The translations under genes and the position numbers were made by a program. The notes under the pieces are model-generated. The model saw only the letters and a program-made list of their open reading frames with translations. It ran no database searches and had not been told where the DNA came from. Below, one piece after another: positions 1 to 9,636 of a stretch of DNA of 32,000 nucleotides. The stretch is from the NCBI RefSeq assembly GCF_018336915.1, contig NZ_CP064923.1, forward strand, positions 4,590,001-4,622,000. Reading direction: 5' to 3'. This stretch comes from Acaryochloris marina S15 (lineage in GTDB: Bacteria > Cyanobacteriota > Cyanobacteriia > Thermosynechococcales > Thermosynechococcaceae). Position 1 is the first letter of the stretch. Every line of letters starts with the position of its first letter.

Positions 1-1936
1 CTGTACCGAAACTGATGTCTGTCTCGTTCTCATCATCGTCTCCTGAGCCAGCCTGGGCGGCAGTCCCTTCAGGTACATATCGATTCAACAGCTCACCTGT
101 GGGCGAGAACTGATAGATAGAGGGACGATAATCATCCACCATCCAGAAATTGCCATTAGCATCCGTCAGAATTCCTTCAAAATCCCCGCCAAAGGGATCA
201 AAGGCGAGGGGATTTCCAAACAAATCAACCGGCTGCTCATCAACCGCTTCATTGCTGATATTGGAGCGTCCTGTAATCGGCATCCCCTCTCCCTGGGTGA
301 GGAAAATCTGATCAGCAATCGTGACGCTGGTTAAATCGGGAGTAACTTCTAATTTGACGATGCGAGCTTGGTAATCGGGCAGGGCAAAGGGCCGCTCTTT
401 GATGCCATCCCCATCGACATCTAGGGTGTCGGGATTGGGGCCACGATCGGGGATGGTGTAAAAGATCAGATTGCCCGAATCTGGGTCGGTGCCTTCGTAC
501 CACAGGCCTGATAGGCCCCCTAAAAGAATCTCTTGTCCAGAGGGGGTCGTCCCTAGACTGGGTAAGTCTTCCAAAGTCAGTTGAGTGAGTTGGGCCGGGC
601 CACGACTAAAGTTTTTGGCCCCTAAGGGCAAGATATCCGTCACGGACGCCGTGGCCAAATCCACAACCGCAAAAGCATTATTTTCCTGCAAAGTCACAAA
701 AGCCGTGGCCCCATCTGGAGAGATAGAGATAAATTCCGGCTCAACATCTTCAGAAGTCGTTTTATCGGGAAAGATCCGAACACCTTTGGCTCTGAGTTCT
801 GCTTCTCGCCCATCGAAGGCTGTGAAATCAGCCGTTTGTACCGATAGATTGTCAAACCCTGCAGACAAATCAATGATGCTAACTGATCCAGCTGGGTCAA
901 TATCATCTTCAGGCTCGCCTTCATTCGCGACTAAAACCTTGGTGCCGTCTGGCGTAAAGGTGAGCATATCCGGTAGGGCACCCACTTCAATCTGACCCAA
1001 AATCTCACCATCACTATTGAGGAAGAGAACCGTGCCATTACTCGTGGACGGATCAGCCTCAATCGCCACTGCAATCACACCATTACTGATGGCAATGCTA
1101 TTGGCTCCTGCTCCAAAGCTAGATAAATCGATAGAGGTCAGGGCTTCAGGGTTGGTTGGATCTCTCAGATCCACCACCTGTAACTCTGTTTCACCAGACA
1201 CGACAAACAGTTTCTGGGAAGCGGCATCAAACGCATTAATTTCAGCCCCATTATCCAGGGTAACCCCACCAATTCTGCTCAAAGGCCCCTCTGAACTGCT
1301 TCTTCCAGGCGTTCCTAGGCCACTATTACCCATCGTGAAGGAATCGATGGGCAGCGCCAGAGGAGCATTATCGCCAGTCCAATTACTGGCATCACAAATG
1401 GCCGCTCGCAGTTCGGCAGGGGTACCTGTCACAGGACCGCTGTAAACCGCATTATCCACCTCTTGGGTCGGCCCAGCACCAGCCCCTACAGCAACTGCCG
1501 AGGTTCCCATCACAAGGCCAGGGGGGAGTGCCGATGTATTTGAAGAGGTTGCATCGGCTTGAAACTCTGTGCTGTTCGTTAACAGGACAAACAGGAATTG
1601 GGGGTTGGTGGAGAGCCCCTGAAAGGCAATAATTTGATCGCCACTGGTGGATAGGGAGAACCCACTGATTCCAACGGCCGCATCATTGTCAGCCATGAAG
1701 TCAGCAGTGTTGTGAACAAAATTAATAACGGTCTCCGCTATCAGAGCTGAGGGCGCAGTATATTTGACGGCTCCTTCATTGGCTCGAAAACTACCATCAC
1801 TGCGCACACCACTATCAGTGAAGCGAATTTCAGTCCCAGCATCGATATCAACGAGCAGCACAAAACTAAAGTCATCAGGATTATCGGAGTTGACACCAAC
1901 AATGGCAATGTCACCAGCAGAGAGGGAAGTAGCCAT
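1..1936 (-). CDS. Large extracellular-type protein, N-terminal ~645 aa only (3' end lies beyond the left edge): N-terminal module, choice-of-anchor-I-like beta-propeller, then phytase-like esterase domain
   Basis: Absent from the ORF track because no stop codon lies in the window. My translation of the minus strand from the ATG (complement of 1934-1936) stays open down to position 2: MATSLSAGDIAIVGVNSDNPDDFSFVLLVDIDAGTEIRFTDSG ... EPEFISISPDGATAFVTLQENNAFAVVDL ... LLGGLSGLWYEGTDPDSGNLIFYTIPDRGPNPD. The plus-strand ORFs 585-995, 1017-1445 and 1764-1970 have S/P/A/T-rich low-complexity translations typical of antisense shadows. Family calls rest on recalled motifs (EPE..SPDG...V.LQENNA for choice-of-anchor I; GGLSG...DRG for the phytase-like esterase family). 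Confidence 0.7.
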   Translation of the reverse strand, partial: MATSLSAGDIAIVGVNSDNPDDFSFVLLVDIDAGTEIRFTDSGVRSDGSFRANEGAVKYTAPSALIAETVINFVHNTADFMADNDAAVGISGFSLSTSGDQIIAFQGLSTNPQFLFVLLTNSTEFQADATSSNTSALPPGLVMGTSAVAVGAGAGPTQEVDNAVYSGPVTGTPAELRAAICDASNWTGDNAPLALPIDSFTMGNSGLGTPGRSSSEGPLSRIGGVTLDNGAEINAFDAASQKLFVVSGETELQVVDLRDPTNPEALTSIDLSSFGAGANSIAISNGVIAVAIEADPSTSNGTVLFLNSDGEILGQIEVGALPDMLTFTPDGTKVLVANEGEPEDDIDPAGSVSIIDLSAGFDNLSVQTADFTAFDGREAELRAKGVRIFPDKTTSEDVEPEFISISPDGATAFVTLQENNAFAVVDLATASVTDILPLGAKNFSRGPAQLTQLTLEDLPSLGTTPSGQEILLGGLSGLWYEGTDPDSGNLIFYTIPDRGPNPDTLDVDGDGIKERPFALPDYQARIVKLEVTPDLTSVTIADQIFLTQGEGMPITGRSNISNEAVDEQPVDLFGNPLAFDPFGGDFEGILTDANGNFWMVDDYRPSIYQFSPTGELLNRYVPEGTAAQAGSGDDDENETDISFGT

Positions 1937-2759
1937 GAGTATTCCTAAACAAACAATAAAAAAAACCTAAAAACTCAAGAGTTTCCAGAAGAAGAGGACT
2001 CAATTTCAGCAAATTGAGGGTCGCTAAATTTAGATACAGAGTCGGGATTACTAGATTGAGATATTTGATTCTTCGTCAACTAAAAATACGGCCATCCCCC
2101 AACAAAGAATCAGGCAAGCAAGAAGTACTTCCACATGTTTGGCAAGCAGTATTAAAAAGCACAAACACCGCTTTGGAAGCACCGTAGGTAAGACTCCCAG
2201 AGGGATGTAAAGGTTAGCTAAACTGATGTTTAAGAAGAGTAGCAGTTCTGGTTAAGCTTTGATTATGCCAATATTCATAGCCATGCAATGAATCATTTTT
2301 TTTACAACTAAAAGACAGCATCAAAAAGAATCAATATACAAATTCAGATCAACAAAAGACAGTTGAACCCAGTGAGGGCTAACGATAAAATACTTATAGA
2401 ATAAATCCAAAATAATAATATTTTTTGATGATATATATTTATTTCTAGGTGCAATTACTTTCGATCTATAAATCAAAAAAATAGTTAAAATTCCTAAGCT
2501 AAATTTAATATATTTAGAATTTATTTATGCTGCCTATTTATTTTAGACATCGCCTAATTCTAATTCTAATTTTGTAGGAACAGCGAAGTCAGATAAATCA
2601 ATGACTCTACTAAACATAACTACAAATAATAAATATTAAGATCGTGGCTATCCGCTCCGTACAACGACCGTATTCAAGGATAATCAGAAAGTTAAAACAC
2701 TATACAATGTCTTTTCAAAAAGTTAATTAATTTACTTACATCGTCTTTTATTGCCTCTG

Positions 2760-2796
2760 ATTGTTGAATTTATTCTCTGTCACTAAATTCAACAAT
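2760..2796. promoter_or_regulatory. Perfect inverted repeat, 13-bp arms (ATTGTTGAATTTA / TAAATTCAACAAT) with an 11-nt spacer, ~200 bp upstream of sbtA; candidate operator or RNA hairpin
   Basis: Read directly: 2760-2772 is the exact reverse complement of 2784-2796. It lies in the ~1 kb AT-rich region between the divergent genes at 1936 and 2995. Function is inferred only. Confidence 0.35.
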
Positions 2797-2895
2797 ATAA
2801 GAGAAGAAAAAAAACTACCAGTAGGTTCTTTAGCTTTATATTTTGTATGGACTGATACATCTACAGTTGTCAAATTTGAACAGTTTTTTCACTCA

Positions 2896-2923
2896 TTGAC
2901 ATCTGAGCGCAGTCCACGATAAA
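2896..2923 (+). promoter_or_regulatory. Candidate sigma70-type promoter for sbtA-sbtB (TTGACA - 16 nt - GATAAA)
   Basis: Consensus -35 hexamer TTGACA at 2896-2901, then a 16-nt spacer and GATAAA at 2918-2923 (4/6 match to TATAAT), ~70 nt upstream of the sbtA ATG. Pattern match only. Confidence 0.2.
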
Positions 2924-2994
2924 CAAGGGTTTGTCAGAGAAATAATCTCTACATAGTTTTTTGTGTGCTTGCTGTTGCATCAGGAGGAATCTAT

Positions 2995-3975
2995 ATGGAT
3001 GTTAGCCTCATCATCTCCAATATTCTGAATCCACCTGTGCTGTTCTTTTTCCTAGGTATGACGGCTGTTTTTGTCAAGTCCGACTTAGAAATACCAGCTC
3101 CGATTCCGAAATTATTTTCCCTTTACCTTCTCTTTGCCATCGGCTTTAAAGGCGGGGTCGAGCTGGTTAAGAGTGGCATTACCCAAGATGTAATGCTTAC
3201 CCTCGGGGCCGCAATCCTGATGGCCTGCTTTGTGCCGGTCTACACTTTCTTTATTCTCAAAATCAAGCTGGGGAATTATGACGCAGCTGCGATCGCAGCC
3301 ACGTATGGCTCCATTAGTGCCGTCACCTTCATCACTGCCAGTGCCTTCTTAACCGAGCTAGATATTGCTTTTGATGGCTTTATGGTTGCCGCCCTGGCGT
3401 TAATGGAATCGCCTGCTATTATCGTTGGCTTGATTTTAGTCAACCTATTTGCCGACAACAAAGAGGACGACAAAGAGCAAGACTTTGAATGGTCAGAAGT
3501 CTTGAGAGAAGCCTTTCTCAACAGTTCAGTGTTTCTCCTCGTCGGTAGTCTAATTATTGGCGTCCTCACAGGAGAACATGGTTGGGAAGTCCTAGAACCC
3601 TTCACCCAAGGGTTGTTTTATGGCGTGCTCACCTTTTTCTTACTCGATATGGGGTTAGTGGCCGCTCGAAGAATTAAAGACTTGCAAAAAACAGGAGTTT
3701 TCCTAGTTGGGTTTGCCATACTAATACCAATACTCAATGCTGGTATCGGATTAGTTATCGCCAAACTGATTGGTATGTCCGTTGGCAATGCCCTCTTATT
3801 CTCAGTACTTTGCGCAAGTGCTTCATACATTGCCGTCCCCGCTGCAATGCGCATGACCGTTCCTGAAGCCAATCCGAGCCTCTATGTTTCCACGGCGTTG
3901 GCAGTTACCTTTCCGTTCAATATTATTGTCGGAATCCCTCTATACCTTGCTGGAATCGAGTTTTTATGGAGTTAA
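2995..3975 (+). CDS. sbtA: SbtA-family sodium-dependent bicarbonate transporter permease (short, ~326 aa variant)
   Basis: Polytopic membrane protein with recognisable similarity to the cyanobacterial SbtA family (e.g. ASASYIAVPAAMRMTVPEANPSLYVSTALAVTFPFNI resembles the SbtA C-terminal repeat). It is followed after 4 nt by a PII-like gene. I prefer the ATG at 2995, which is preceded by AGGAGGA at 2982-2988, over the GTG at 2965 used in the ORF track. Confidence 0.75.
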   Translation: MDVSLIISNILNPPVLFFFLGMTAVFVKSDLEIPAPIPKLFSLYLLFAIGFKGGVELVKSGITQDVMLTLGAAILMACFVPVYTFFILKIKLGNYDAAAIAATYGSISAVTFITASAFLTELDIAFDGFMVAALALMESPAIIVGLILVNLFADNKEDDKEQDFEWSEVLREAFLNSSVFLLVGSLIIGVLTGEHGWEVLEPFTQGLFYGVLTFFLLDMGLVAARRIKDLQKTGVFLVGFAILIPILNAGIGLVIAKLIGMSVGNALLFSVLCASASYIAVPAAMRMTVPEANPSLYVSTALAVTFPFNIIVGIPLYLAGIEFLWS

Positions 3976-3979
3976 GAGC

Positions 3980-4285
3980 ATGCATCCTGTTAAAAAAATT
4001 GAAATTATTGCCAATTCATTTGAACTCGCTAAAATCCTAGATGCCTTGGATAAATCCGGGGTTCATGGCCATGCTGTCATTCGAAATGTAGCGGGCAAAG
4101 GCTTAAGGGGCACCACAGAAGACTTAGACCACACCATGCTGGACAATGTTTATATCATTGCCTTCTGTGCGCCTGACTTACTTCAGCAGGTCGTGGACAA
4201 TATTCGCCCCTTACTCAATAAGTTTGGCGGAACTTGTTACGTCACGGATACCCAAGAGATTCGATCAGTCCGGTGCCTTAGCTAA
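3980..4285 (+). CDS. sbtB: PII-like signalling protein SbtB (101 aa)
   Basis: MHPVKKIEIIANSFELAKILDALDKSGVHGHAVIRNVAGKGLRG... shows a PII-type beta-alpha-beta fold signature with a T-loop-like GKGLRG, directly downstream of sbtA. The ATG at 3980 lies 4 nt after the sbtA stop. The 32-aa N-terminal extension in the track (3884) overlaps sbtA and is unlikely to be real. Confidence 0.75.
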   Translation: MHPVKKIEIIANSFELAKILDALDKSGVHGHAVIRNVAGKGLRGTTEDLDHTMLDNVYIIAFCAPDLLQQVVDNIRPLLNKFGGTCYVTDTQEIRSVRCLS

Positions 4286-4651
4286 CTCAACGGGCGATAG
4301 GAATCAAACCATAAAATCAATAAAATCACGCTATTAACTCTGCCGTTCAATCCTTAAATCAATCCATAAAAATATTGTTTTATACCCAAAAATCAGTGTT
4401 TTCACGGTGAAAGAACGAGAAAAGACAAGCGAACATAAACAAAAGCAAGCGTTCGTGGTTCAACAATATGCCTAAACGATTCTTCAATCACTGCATGCAT
4501 GTCGGCTTATGGTTATGCGTAGCCTCAATCGCATTGCCCCTAATCGGCAGACTGTAGCTCAAAGCCTGTTGTTGTCTACTGAACCAAATCTCATCAGTTG
4601 AACGGTTGCGTTCCTAGTAAGCTGGTTGAGAGTGTTCATCGCTAAGACAAC

Positions 4652-5881
4652 ATGGCAACGATTAACGACAATTATTTAAAGCTCAAAGCAGGTTATTTAT
4701 TTCCCGAGATTGGTCGAAGAGTCAGCGCATTTGCTGAGGCCAATCCCGACGCACCAATCATCAAGCTTGGTATTGGGGACGTGACAGAACCCTTACCCGA
4801 AGCCTGCCGTAGTGCCATGGTCACAGCCGTTGAAGATTTGGGGAATCGAGATTCCTTTAAAGGCTATGGTCCTGAGCAAGGCTATGGCTGGTTACGGGAG
4901 AAAATTGCCGCCCATGATTTTCAATCAAGAGGTTGTGACGTGGATGCCGGGGAAATTTTTGTTTCTGACGGTTCCAAATGTGACTGTGGCAATATCCTCG
5001 ATATTTTTGGCGATAACAACACCATTGCCGTTACCGATCCGGTTTACCCCGTCTATGTCGATACCAATGTCATGGCTGGACATACGGGGCCTTGTAATGA
5101 CCAGGGTGAATATGAGGGGCTGACGTACTTACCGATTAATGCGGGCAACGACTTCACAGCTCAAATTCCCAGCCAAAAAGTGGATTTGATCTATCTCTGT
5201 TTCCCCAATAACCCCACAGGAGCAGTGGCGAGCAAGAGCCATCTGCAAGATTGGGTGAACTATGCCAAATCCCATGGCTCCATCATTCTGTTTGATGCCG
5301 CCTATGAAGCCTTTATCACTGATCCTGAGATCCCCCATTCCATCTATGAAATAGATGGAGCCAGAGACTGTGCGATTGAATTTCGCTCTTTCTCAAAAAA
5401 TGCGGGCTTTACCGGGACTCGCTGCGCCCTCACCGTCGTACCTAAAACCTTAACGGCCAAAGCGGCTGATGGCTCAGATGTCGAGCTTTGGAAGCTGTGG
5501 AACCGTCGCCAATCCACCAAGTTTAACGGTGTCTCTTATATCGTCCAGCGCGGTGCAGAAGCCGTCTATTCTGAAGCGGGTCAGGCTCAAACCAAAAGCT
5601 TAATTAGCTTCTACCTCGAAAATGCCAAAATTATTCGAGAGAAATTGACCGCTGCTGGGTTACAGGTATTTGGAGGCGTCAATGCCCCCTATGTCTGGGT
5701 GCAAACACCGAACGGCATCTCTAGCTGGGACTTCTTCGATCAGTTGTTGAACAAAACCAACGTGGTCGGTACCCCTGGGTCTGGATTTGGCGCAGCAGGT
5801 GAAGGCTACTTCCGCATTTCGGCCTTTAATAGTCGGGCCAATGTTGAAGAAGCCATGAAGCGCATTACAGCCAATCTCTAA
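4652..5881 (+). CDS. dapL: LL-diaminopimelate aminotransferase
   Basis: 409 aa. The N-terminus [24 protein letters not shown]..., the [10 protein letters not shown] motif and [14 protein letters not shown] (PLP-lysine region) are characteristic of cyanobacterial, plant and chlamydial DapL. Confidence 0.9.
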   Translation: MATINDNYLKLKAGYLFPEIGRRVSAFAEANPDAPIIKLGIGDVTEPLPEACRSAMVTAVEDLGNRDSFKGYGPEQGYGWLREKIAAHDFQSRGCDVDAGEIFVSDGSKCDCGNILDIFGDNNTIAVTDPVYPVYVDTNVMAGHTGPCNDQGEYEGLTYLPINAGNDFTAQIPSQKVDLIYLCFPNNPTGAVASKSHLQDWVNYAKSHGSIILFDAAYEAFITDPEIPHSIYEIDGARDCAIEFRSFSKNAGFTGTRCALTVVPKTLTAKAADGSDVELWKLWNRRQSTKFNGVSYIVQRGAEAVYSEAGQAQTKSLISFYLENAKIIREKLTAAGLQVFGGVNAPYVWVQTPNGISSWDFFDQLLNKTNVVGTPGSGFGAAGEGYFRISAFNSRANVEEAMKRITANL

Positions 5882-5898
5882 GTATTCTGGTTTGGTCT

Positions 5899-6741
5899 AT
5901 GGCTTTAGATAATGTGGTCTCACCGGAATGGCTGCATGAACATCTTGAAGATGTGCAGGTGGTGATTGTGGACTGTCGGTTTGCCCTCAGTGCACCTCAG
6001 CAGGGACAAGAGCAATACCAGGCAGGCCATATTCCGGGTGCCTATTATCTAGATTTGAATGAGGATTTGTCATCTCCTGTGCAAACTCATGGGGGACGGC
6101 ATCCTTTACCTAAGATTTCTCAATTGGGAGCCAAGCTCTCTCAGATGGGCATTACACCAGACACCTTGGTTGTGGCCTATGACGATAGTCGGCAAGCCTT
6201 TGCTGCCAGGCTATGGTGGTTACTGCGCTATCTGGGTCATACCTCTGTTGCGATTCTGGATGGAGGATTTGCCGCTTATCAAGCCCACTATCCAGTCACA
6301 ACCGATATGCCTGCAGTCCGTTCAGGTGAGTTTCAAGGGACTGCAATTCCTGGGCAAATTGTAGATATTCAGGCCGTCAAAACCTACAAAGATCAACCCG
6401 ATGTGGTGGTAGTAGATTCTCGGGCTTACGAACGCTATATCGGCAATCACGAACCCATTGATCCAGTGGCCGGGCATATTCCAGGGGCAGTCAACTATCC
6501 GTGGCAAGCCGTAACGAATGAGCAAGGTTTCTTACTCACTCCTTCTGAATTACAAGCTCATTATGCAGATTTAAACCGTGCAGACGAAGTGATTGTCTAT
6601 TGTGGGTCAGGTGTCACAGCTTGTGTAAACTTACTAGCTCTAGAAATAACAGGGATTAAAGGTGGCAAACTCTATGCCGGAAGTTGGAGTGATTGGTGCT
6701 CTTATACTCTGGACGACAATATGGAAGCTCAAGTCCAATAG
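5899..6741 (+). CDS. Two-domain rhodanese sulfurtransferase (3-mercaptopyruvate/thiosulfate sulfurtransferase type)
   Basis: 280 aa with tandem rhodanese domains. The active-site loop YCGSGVTAC (CG[ST]GVT) is the mercaptopyruvate-sulfurtransferase-type signature. It starts 17 nt after dapL, so the two are probably co-transcribed. Confidence 0.8.
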   Translation: MALDNVVSPEWLHEHLEDVQVVIVDCRFALSAPQQGQEQYQAGHIPGAYYLDLNEDLSSPVQTHGGRHPLPKISQLGAKLSQMGITPDTLVVAYDDSRQAFAARLWWLLRYLGHTSVAILDGGFAAYQAHYPVTTDMPAVRSGEFQGTAIPGQIVDIQAVKTYKDQPDVVVVDSRAYERYIGNHEPIDPVAGHIPGAVNYPWQAVTNEQGFLLTPSELQAHYADLNRADEVIVYCGSGVTACVNLLALEITGIKGGKLYAGSWSDWCSYTLDDNMEAQVQ

Positions 6742-6782
6742 AGAAGAGTATTAAACAACCGATTCAAACCTTTTCATGGCAA

Positions 6783-7388
6783 TTAGAATGGACGGTTTTT
6801 AGAGTATAAAACTTTACCCGATTTTGAAAGTAGCTCTATCTTTGAACAGCAATCTTGCTCCGCAGAATCATACTGAAACAGAATCCCCTTTTTCCCTTGA
6901 CTAGGAACAACCATATTCTGCTGATCCATAAATGTCAGTTTTGCGGTTTCCATCTGCTGAAGGATCGCTGGATCACGAATCACCATAGCAAGCTGTCCAT
7001 AGCTAAAGGACGCCTCAGAACTTGAGTCTCCGATTCTTTTATAACTTGTTCCGGAGAGGGAAATAGACACTTTTTTTTGCGGATTATCGGCAGAGCTATA
7101 AGTACTTTTGTTGATATATGACGACGTTTGATTATTGTCTAACTCAATAACATGTGCAGAATAGTAACCCGTAGCAAGCCCCTTGGTGGGGCTATCCCAG
7201 AGAATAAAGTTCCGGGTTTCAAAGTCTTTTTTTATGATGACCTCAGATTCGAGCTCTTGGGCCAGACTTTCTATCTCTTGAGGTGTTAGTTTGCGATGGA
7301 ACTGATTAATAATCTGCGGTTTAGGTTGGCAAGCTAACAGTAGGAACCCGCAGAGGCCAATGTAAGTATAGGTGAGAGATTTAGACAT
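6783..7388 (-). CDS. Hypothetical lipoprotein
   Basis: [20 protein letters not shown]|QPKP has a classical lipobox (L-L-A-C). No family was recognised for the mature part. The alternative upstream start at 7409 (MMVRYPV...) cannot be excluded. Confidence 0.6.
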   Translation of the reverse strand: MSKSLTYTYIGLCGFLLLACQPKPQIINQFHRKLTPQEIESLAQELESEVIIKKDFETRNFILWDSPTKGLATGYYSAHVIELDNNQTSSYINKSTYSSADNPQKKVSISLSGTSYKRIGDSSSEASFSYGQLAMVIRDPAILQQMETAKLTFMDQQNMVVPSQGKKGILFQYDSAEQDCCSKIELLSKSGKVLYSKNRPF

Positions 7389-7565
7389 TACTGGGTAACG
7401 CACCATCACTTCAATGTTGCGAGGCTATCTTTAGATCAATGTACAAGCAGGCTTGTCAGTAGTATATGTGATGGATCTGTATTGAGTCGTCCTAGCCAAA
7501 TCCCGATATACTGCTTGCAGCAACTTGAGTTGCCTAGCTTGCTTGTCAATTATAGTTGGGGTCTT

Positions 7566-8537
7566 ATGGCTGAAATGACCTGGAATCGTCATCATGTTTT
7601 ATCCCTGGCAGACTTTAGCGTCGATGAATTAAATATCGTCCTACAAACGGCCAACAGCTTCAAAGACGTACTGTATCGCAAGACTAAAAAAGTCCCAACC
7701 CTGCAAGCCAGGTTAGTCACTAATCTATTTTTTGAGCCATCGACCCGGACTCGCAGTAGTTTTGAGTTGGCAGCCAAACGGCTCTCTGCTGATGTCCTCA
7801 ACTTTTCTCCTGGAACCTCCTCTCTCAGTAAAGGAGAAACCATTTTAGATACGGCCAAAACATTCCTGGCGATGGGCGCTGACATGATGGTAGTCCGTCA
7901 TCAGGACTCGGGCGTGCCCCAAATGATTGCCCAAGCCATGGACGACTTAGGTGAGAATGTTGGGGTTTTGAATGCGGGGGATGGTTTCCATGAACATCCA
8001 TCCCAGGGATTGCTAGATTTATTTACCCTCTGCACTAGCATCGACCCCGATCAGCCTGCCACTCAATTACTAACGGGGAAGAAAATCGCCATTGTCGGGG
8101 ATATTTTGCATTCACGGGTGGCCCGGTCTAACCTATCGAGCTTGGTTACTTGTGGCGCTGAAGTCCATTTAGCGGGGCCACCGACTTTATTACCCAAGGC
8201 CTTTGCTGATTATGGGGCACAGGTGCATTGGTCTCTCGATCCTGCCTTAGAGAATGCTGATTTTGTGATGACCTTACGGCTGCAGCATGAACGGATGAGT
8301 CAACATTTGATTCCCAGTATTCGGGAGTATCATCAACGGTTTGGGATTACCCGCGATCGCATCCAACGATGCCAACCCCAAGTCAAAGTATTGCACCCCG
8401 GCCCGGTGAATCGAGGGGTCGAAATTAGCTCTGATCTGATGGATGATGAAAGCCTCAGCCTCATTCCCCATCAGGTTACCAGCGGTATTGCCGTGCGGAT
8501 GGCCCTGCTTTATCTGATCAGCAACCACAGCCACTAA
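7566..8537 (+). CDS. pyrB: Aspartate carbamoyltransferase catalytic subunit
   Basis: Carries the STRTR carbamoyl-phosphate motif ([13 protein letters not shown]), [10 protein letters not shown], and [12 protein letters not shown]. The track start at 7482 is a TTG that adds 28 non-conserved residues. I prefer the ATG at 7566 ([17 protein letters not shown]) or the one at 7575. A 14-bp dyad, GCAACTTGAGTTGC, sits in the leader at 7520-7533. Confidence 0.9.
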   Translation: MAEMTWNRHHVLSLADFSVDELNIVLQTANSFKDVLYRKTKKVPTLQARLVTNLFFEPSTRTRSSFELAAKRLSADVLNFSPGTSSLSKGETILDTAKTFLAMGADMMVVRHQDSGVPQMIAQAMDDLGENVGVLNAGDGFHEHPSQGLLDLFTLCTSIDPDQPATQLLTGKKIAIVGDILHSRVARSNLSSLVTCGAEVHLAGPPTLLPKAFADYGAQVHWSLDPALENADFVMTLRLQHERMSQHLIPSIREYHQRFGITRDRIQRCQPQVKVLHPGPVNRGVEISSDLMDDESLSLIPHQVTSGIAVRMALLYLISNHSH

Positions 8538-8683
8538 AATCAAGATCTGATTTTCCAGCCTGCACAGTCTAAGCGGGAATTTGCAATACTGGAACAGGAC
8601 AATCGCAGGTCTTATACCTATAATTAGGACTTCAGACCTGTTAATTCCTGTGAATGCACCTCATACGGCACGTTTAACCTTAT

Positions 8684-8950
8684 ATGTACACCATTGACAT
8701 TTCCCTTCGTGGCACTCCTTTAGGACTCTCCGTTCAACGCAAAGAATCCGCAGATGCTGAAGCGCTTTATCACCAAGTCTTAGAAGCCATTAAATCTGGG
8801 AATCCGACCGTTTTAGAACTGACTTGCGATCGAGAATCCGATAAAAAAGCAGCCGTTCTGGTCAACGAAATCACTGCTGTACAAATGTCTGACAAGTCTG
8901 GTGGCGCAGGCGCAGGCCGAGCTGCAGGCTTCTTTGAGCTAGGCGCATGA
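8684..8950 (+). CDS. Small hypothetical protein (88 aa); reads like a real small protein, no family name recalled
   Basis: The ORF has a non-repetitive, balanced composition (MYTIDISLRGTPLGLSVQRKESADAEALYHQVLEAIKSGNPTVLELTCD...). Its TGA overlaps the ATG of the next gene (ATGA at 8947-8950), which implies translational coupling. Confidence 0.6.
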   Translation: MYTIDISLRGTPLGLSVQRKESADAEALYHQVLEAIKSGNPTVLELTCDRESDKKAAVLVNEITAVQMSDKSGGAGAGRAAGFFELGA

Positions 8951-9627
8951 CCTCCCCCGCCATCCAACTGCAAAATTTATCTTTTGGATGGTCGAAAGAT
9001 CAGCCCGTCTTAAAAAACTGTTCACTGCAGGTGCCCAAAGGCCAGTTCTGGATGCTCCTGGGCACCAATGGCAGTGGCAAATCGACCTTGCTGCGTCTTC
9101 TGGTGGGGTTACTCAAAGCCCAATCTGGGCAAATCGACGTGGCCCAGCCCGTGGGATTTGTCTTTCAAAATCCAGACCATCAGTTGGTGATGCCCACTGT
9201 GGGGGCTGATGTAGCCTTTGGATTGGTGGAAGAAAACCTCCCTATTCTTGAAATTCACCAGCGAGTCAATGAAGCCCTAGATGCGGTCAACTTGATCGAT
9301 CTCAAACGGCGGCCCATCTATGCCCTTAGCGGCGGGCAGAAACAACGGATTGCGATCGCAGGTGCAATATCCCGCCACTGCGAAGTCCTATTGTTGGATG
9401 AACCCACAGCCCTATTGGATCCTGAAAGCCAAGGAGATCTGGTCGCTCAGGTCCAGAGGCTAGTCAAAAAACGCGGTATTACAGCTCTTTGGGTCACCCA
9501 CCGCTTAGAAGAACTTGACTATTGCGATGGCGCTTTTCTCTTGGAACATGGACAGGTCATTGACCAGGGCCAACCCGAATCCATGCGCGAGAAACTCATC
9601 CAACGATGGCAATCTGCTTCCAGTTAA
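8947..9627 (+). CDS. ABC transporter ATP-binding protein, ECF (EcfA/CbiO-like) type, no membrane partner in the window
   Basis: Walker A GTNGSGKST, ECF-typical VFQNPDHQLV, signature LSGGQKQR, Walker B LLLDEPT, H-loop VTHR. It is 226 aa with no transmembrane domain. Confidence 0.85.
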   Translation: MTSPAIQLQNLSFGWSKDQPVLKNCSLQVPKGQFWMLLGTNGSGKSTLLRLLVGLLKAQSGQIDVAQPVGFVFQNPDHQLVMPTVGADVAFGLVEENLPILEIHQRVNEALDAVNLIDLKRRPIYALSGGQKQRIAIAGAISRHCEVLLLDEPTALLDPESQGDLVAQVQRLVKKRGITALWVTHRLEELDYCDGAFLLEHGQVIDQGQPESMREKLIQRWQSASS

Positions 9628-9636
9628 GGATTGCCG

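Noticed and set aside
585-1970. Plus-strand ORFs 585-995, 1017-1445 and 1764-1970 from the track
   Set aside because: Their translations are S/P/A/T-rich and low in complexity. They lie antisense to a continuous 1936-bp open frame that encodes recognisable domains, so they are shadow ORFs.
2554-2571. CTAATT x3 microsatellite in the sbtA upstream region
   Set aside because: It has only three copies in a very AT-rich background and is probably a chance slippage product. It does not match the heptameric STRR repeat type.
4468-4557. 29-aa hydrophobic mini-ORF (MPKRFFNHCMHVGLWLCVASIALPLIGRL) in the sbtB-dapL spacer
   Set aside because: It is too short to distinguish from chance. There is no obvious Shine-Dalgarno sequence and I cannot assess conservation. 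I also looked for a riboswitch-like leader upstream of dapL and found no recognisable motif.
8536-8554. AAAATCA-AGATC-TGATTTT hairpin right after pyrB as an intrinsic terminator
   Set aside because: The 7-bp stem is almost entirely A-U with a single G-C pair and is followed by CCAGCC rather than a U-tract. It is too weak to call.
8947-9627. The ABC ATPase next to the RTX gene as its type I secretion exporter
   Set aside because: It is only 226 aa with no transmembrane or C39 domain, and it carries the ECF-type FQNPD motif. T1SS ABC proteins are fused TMD-NBD proteins of roughly 600-700 aa. The orientation is convergent, not operonic.
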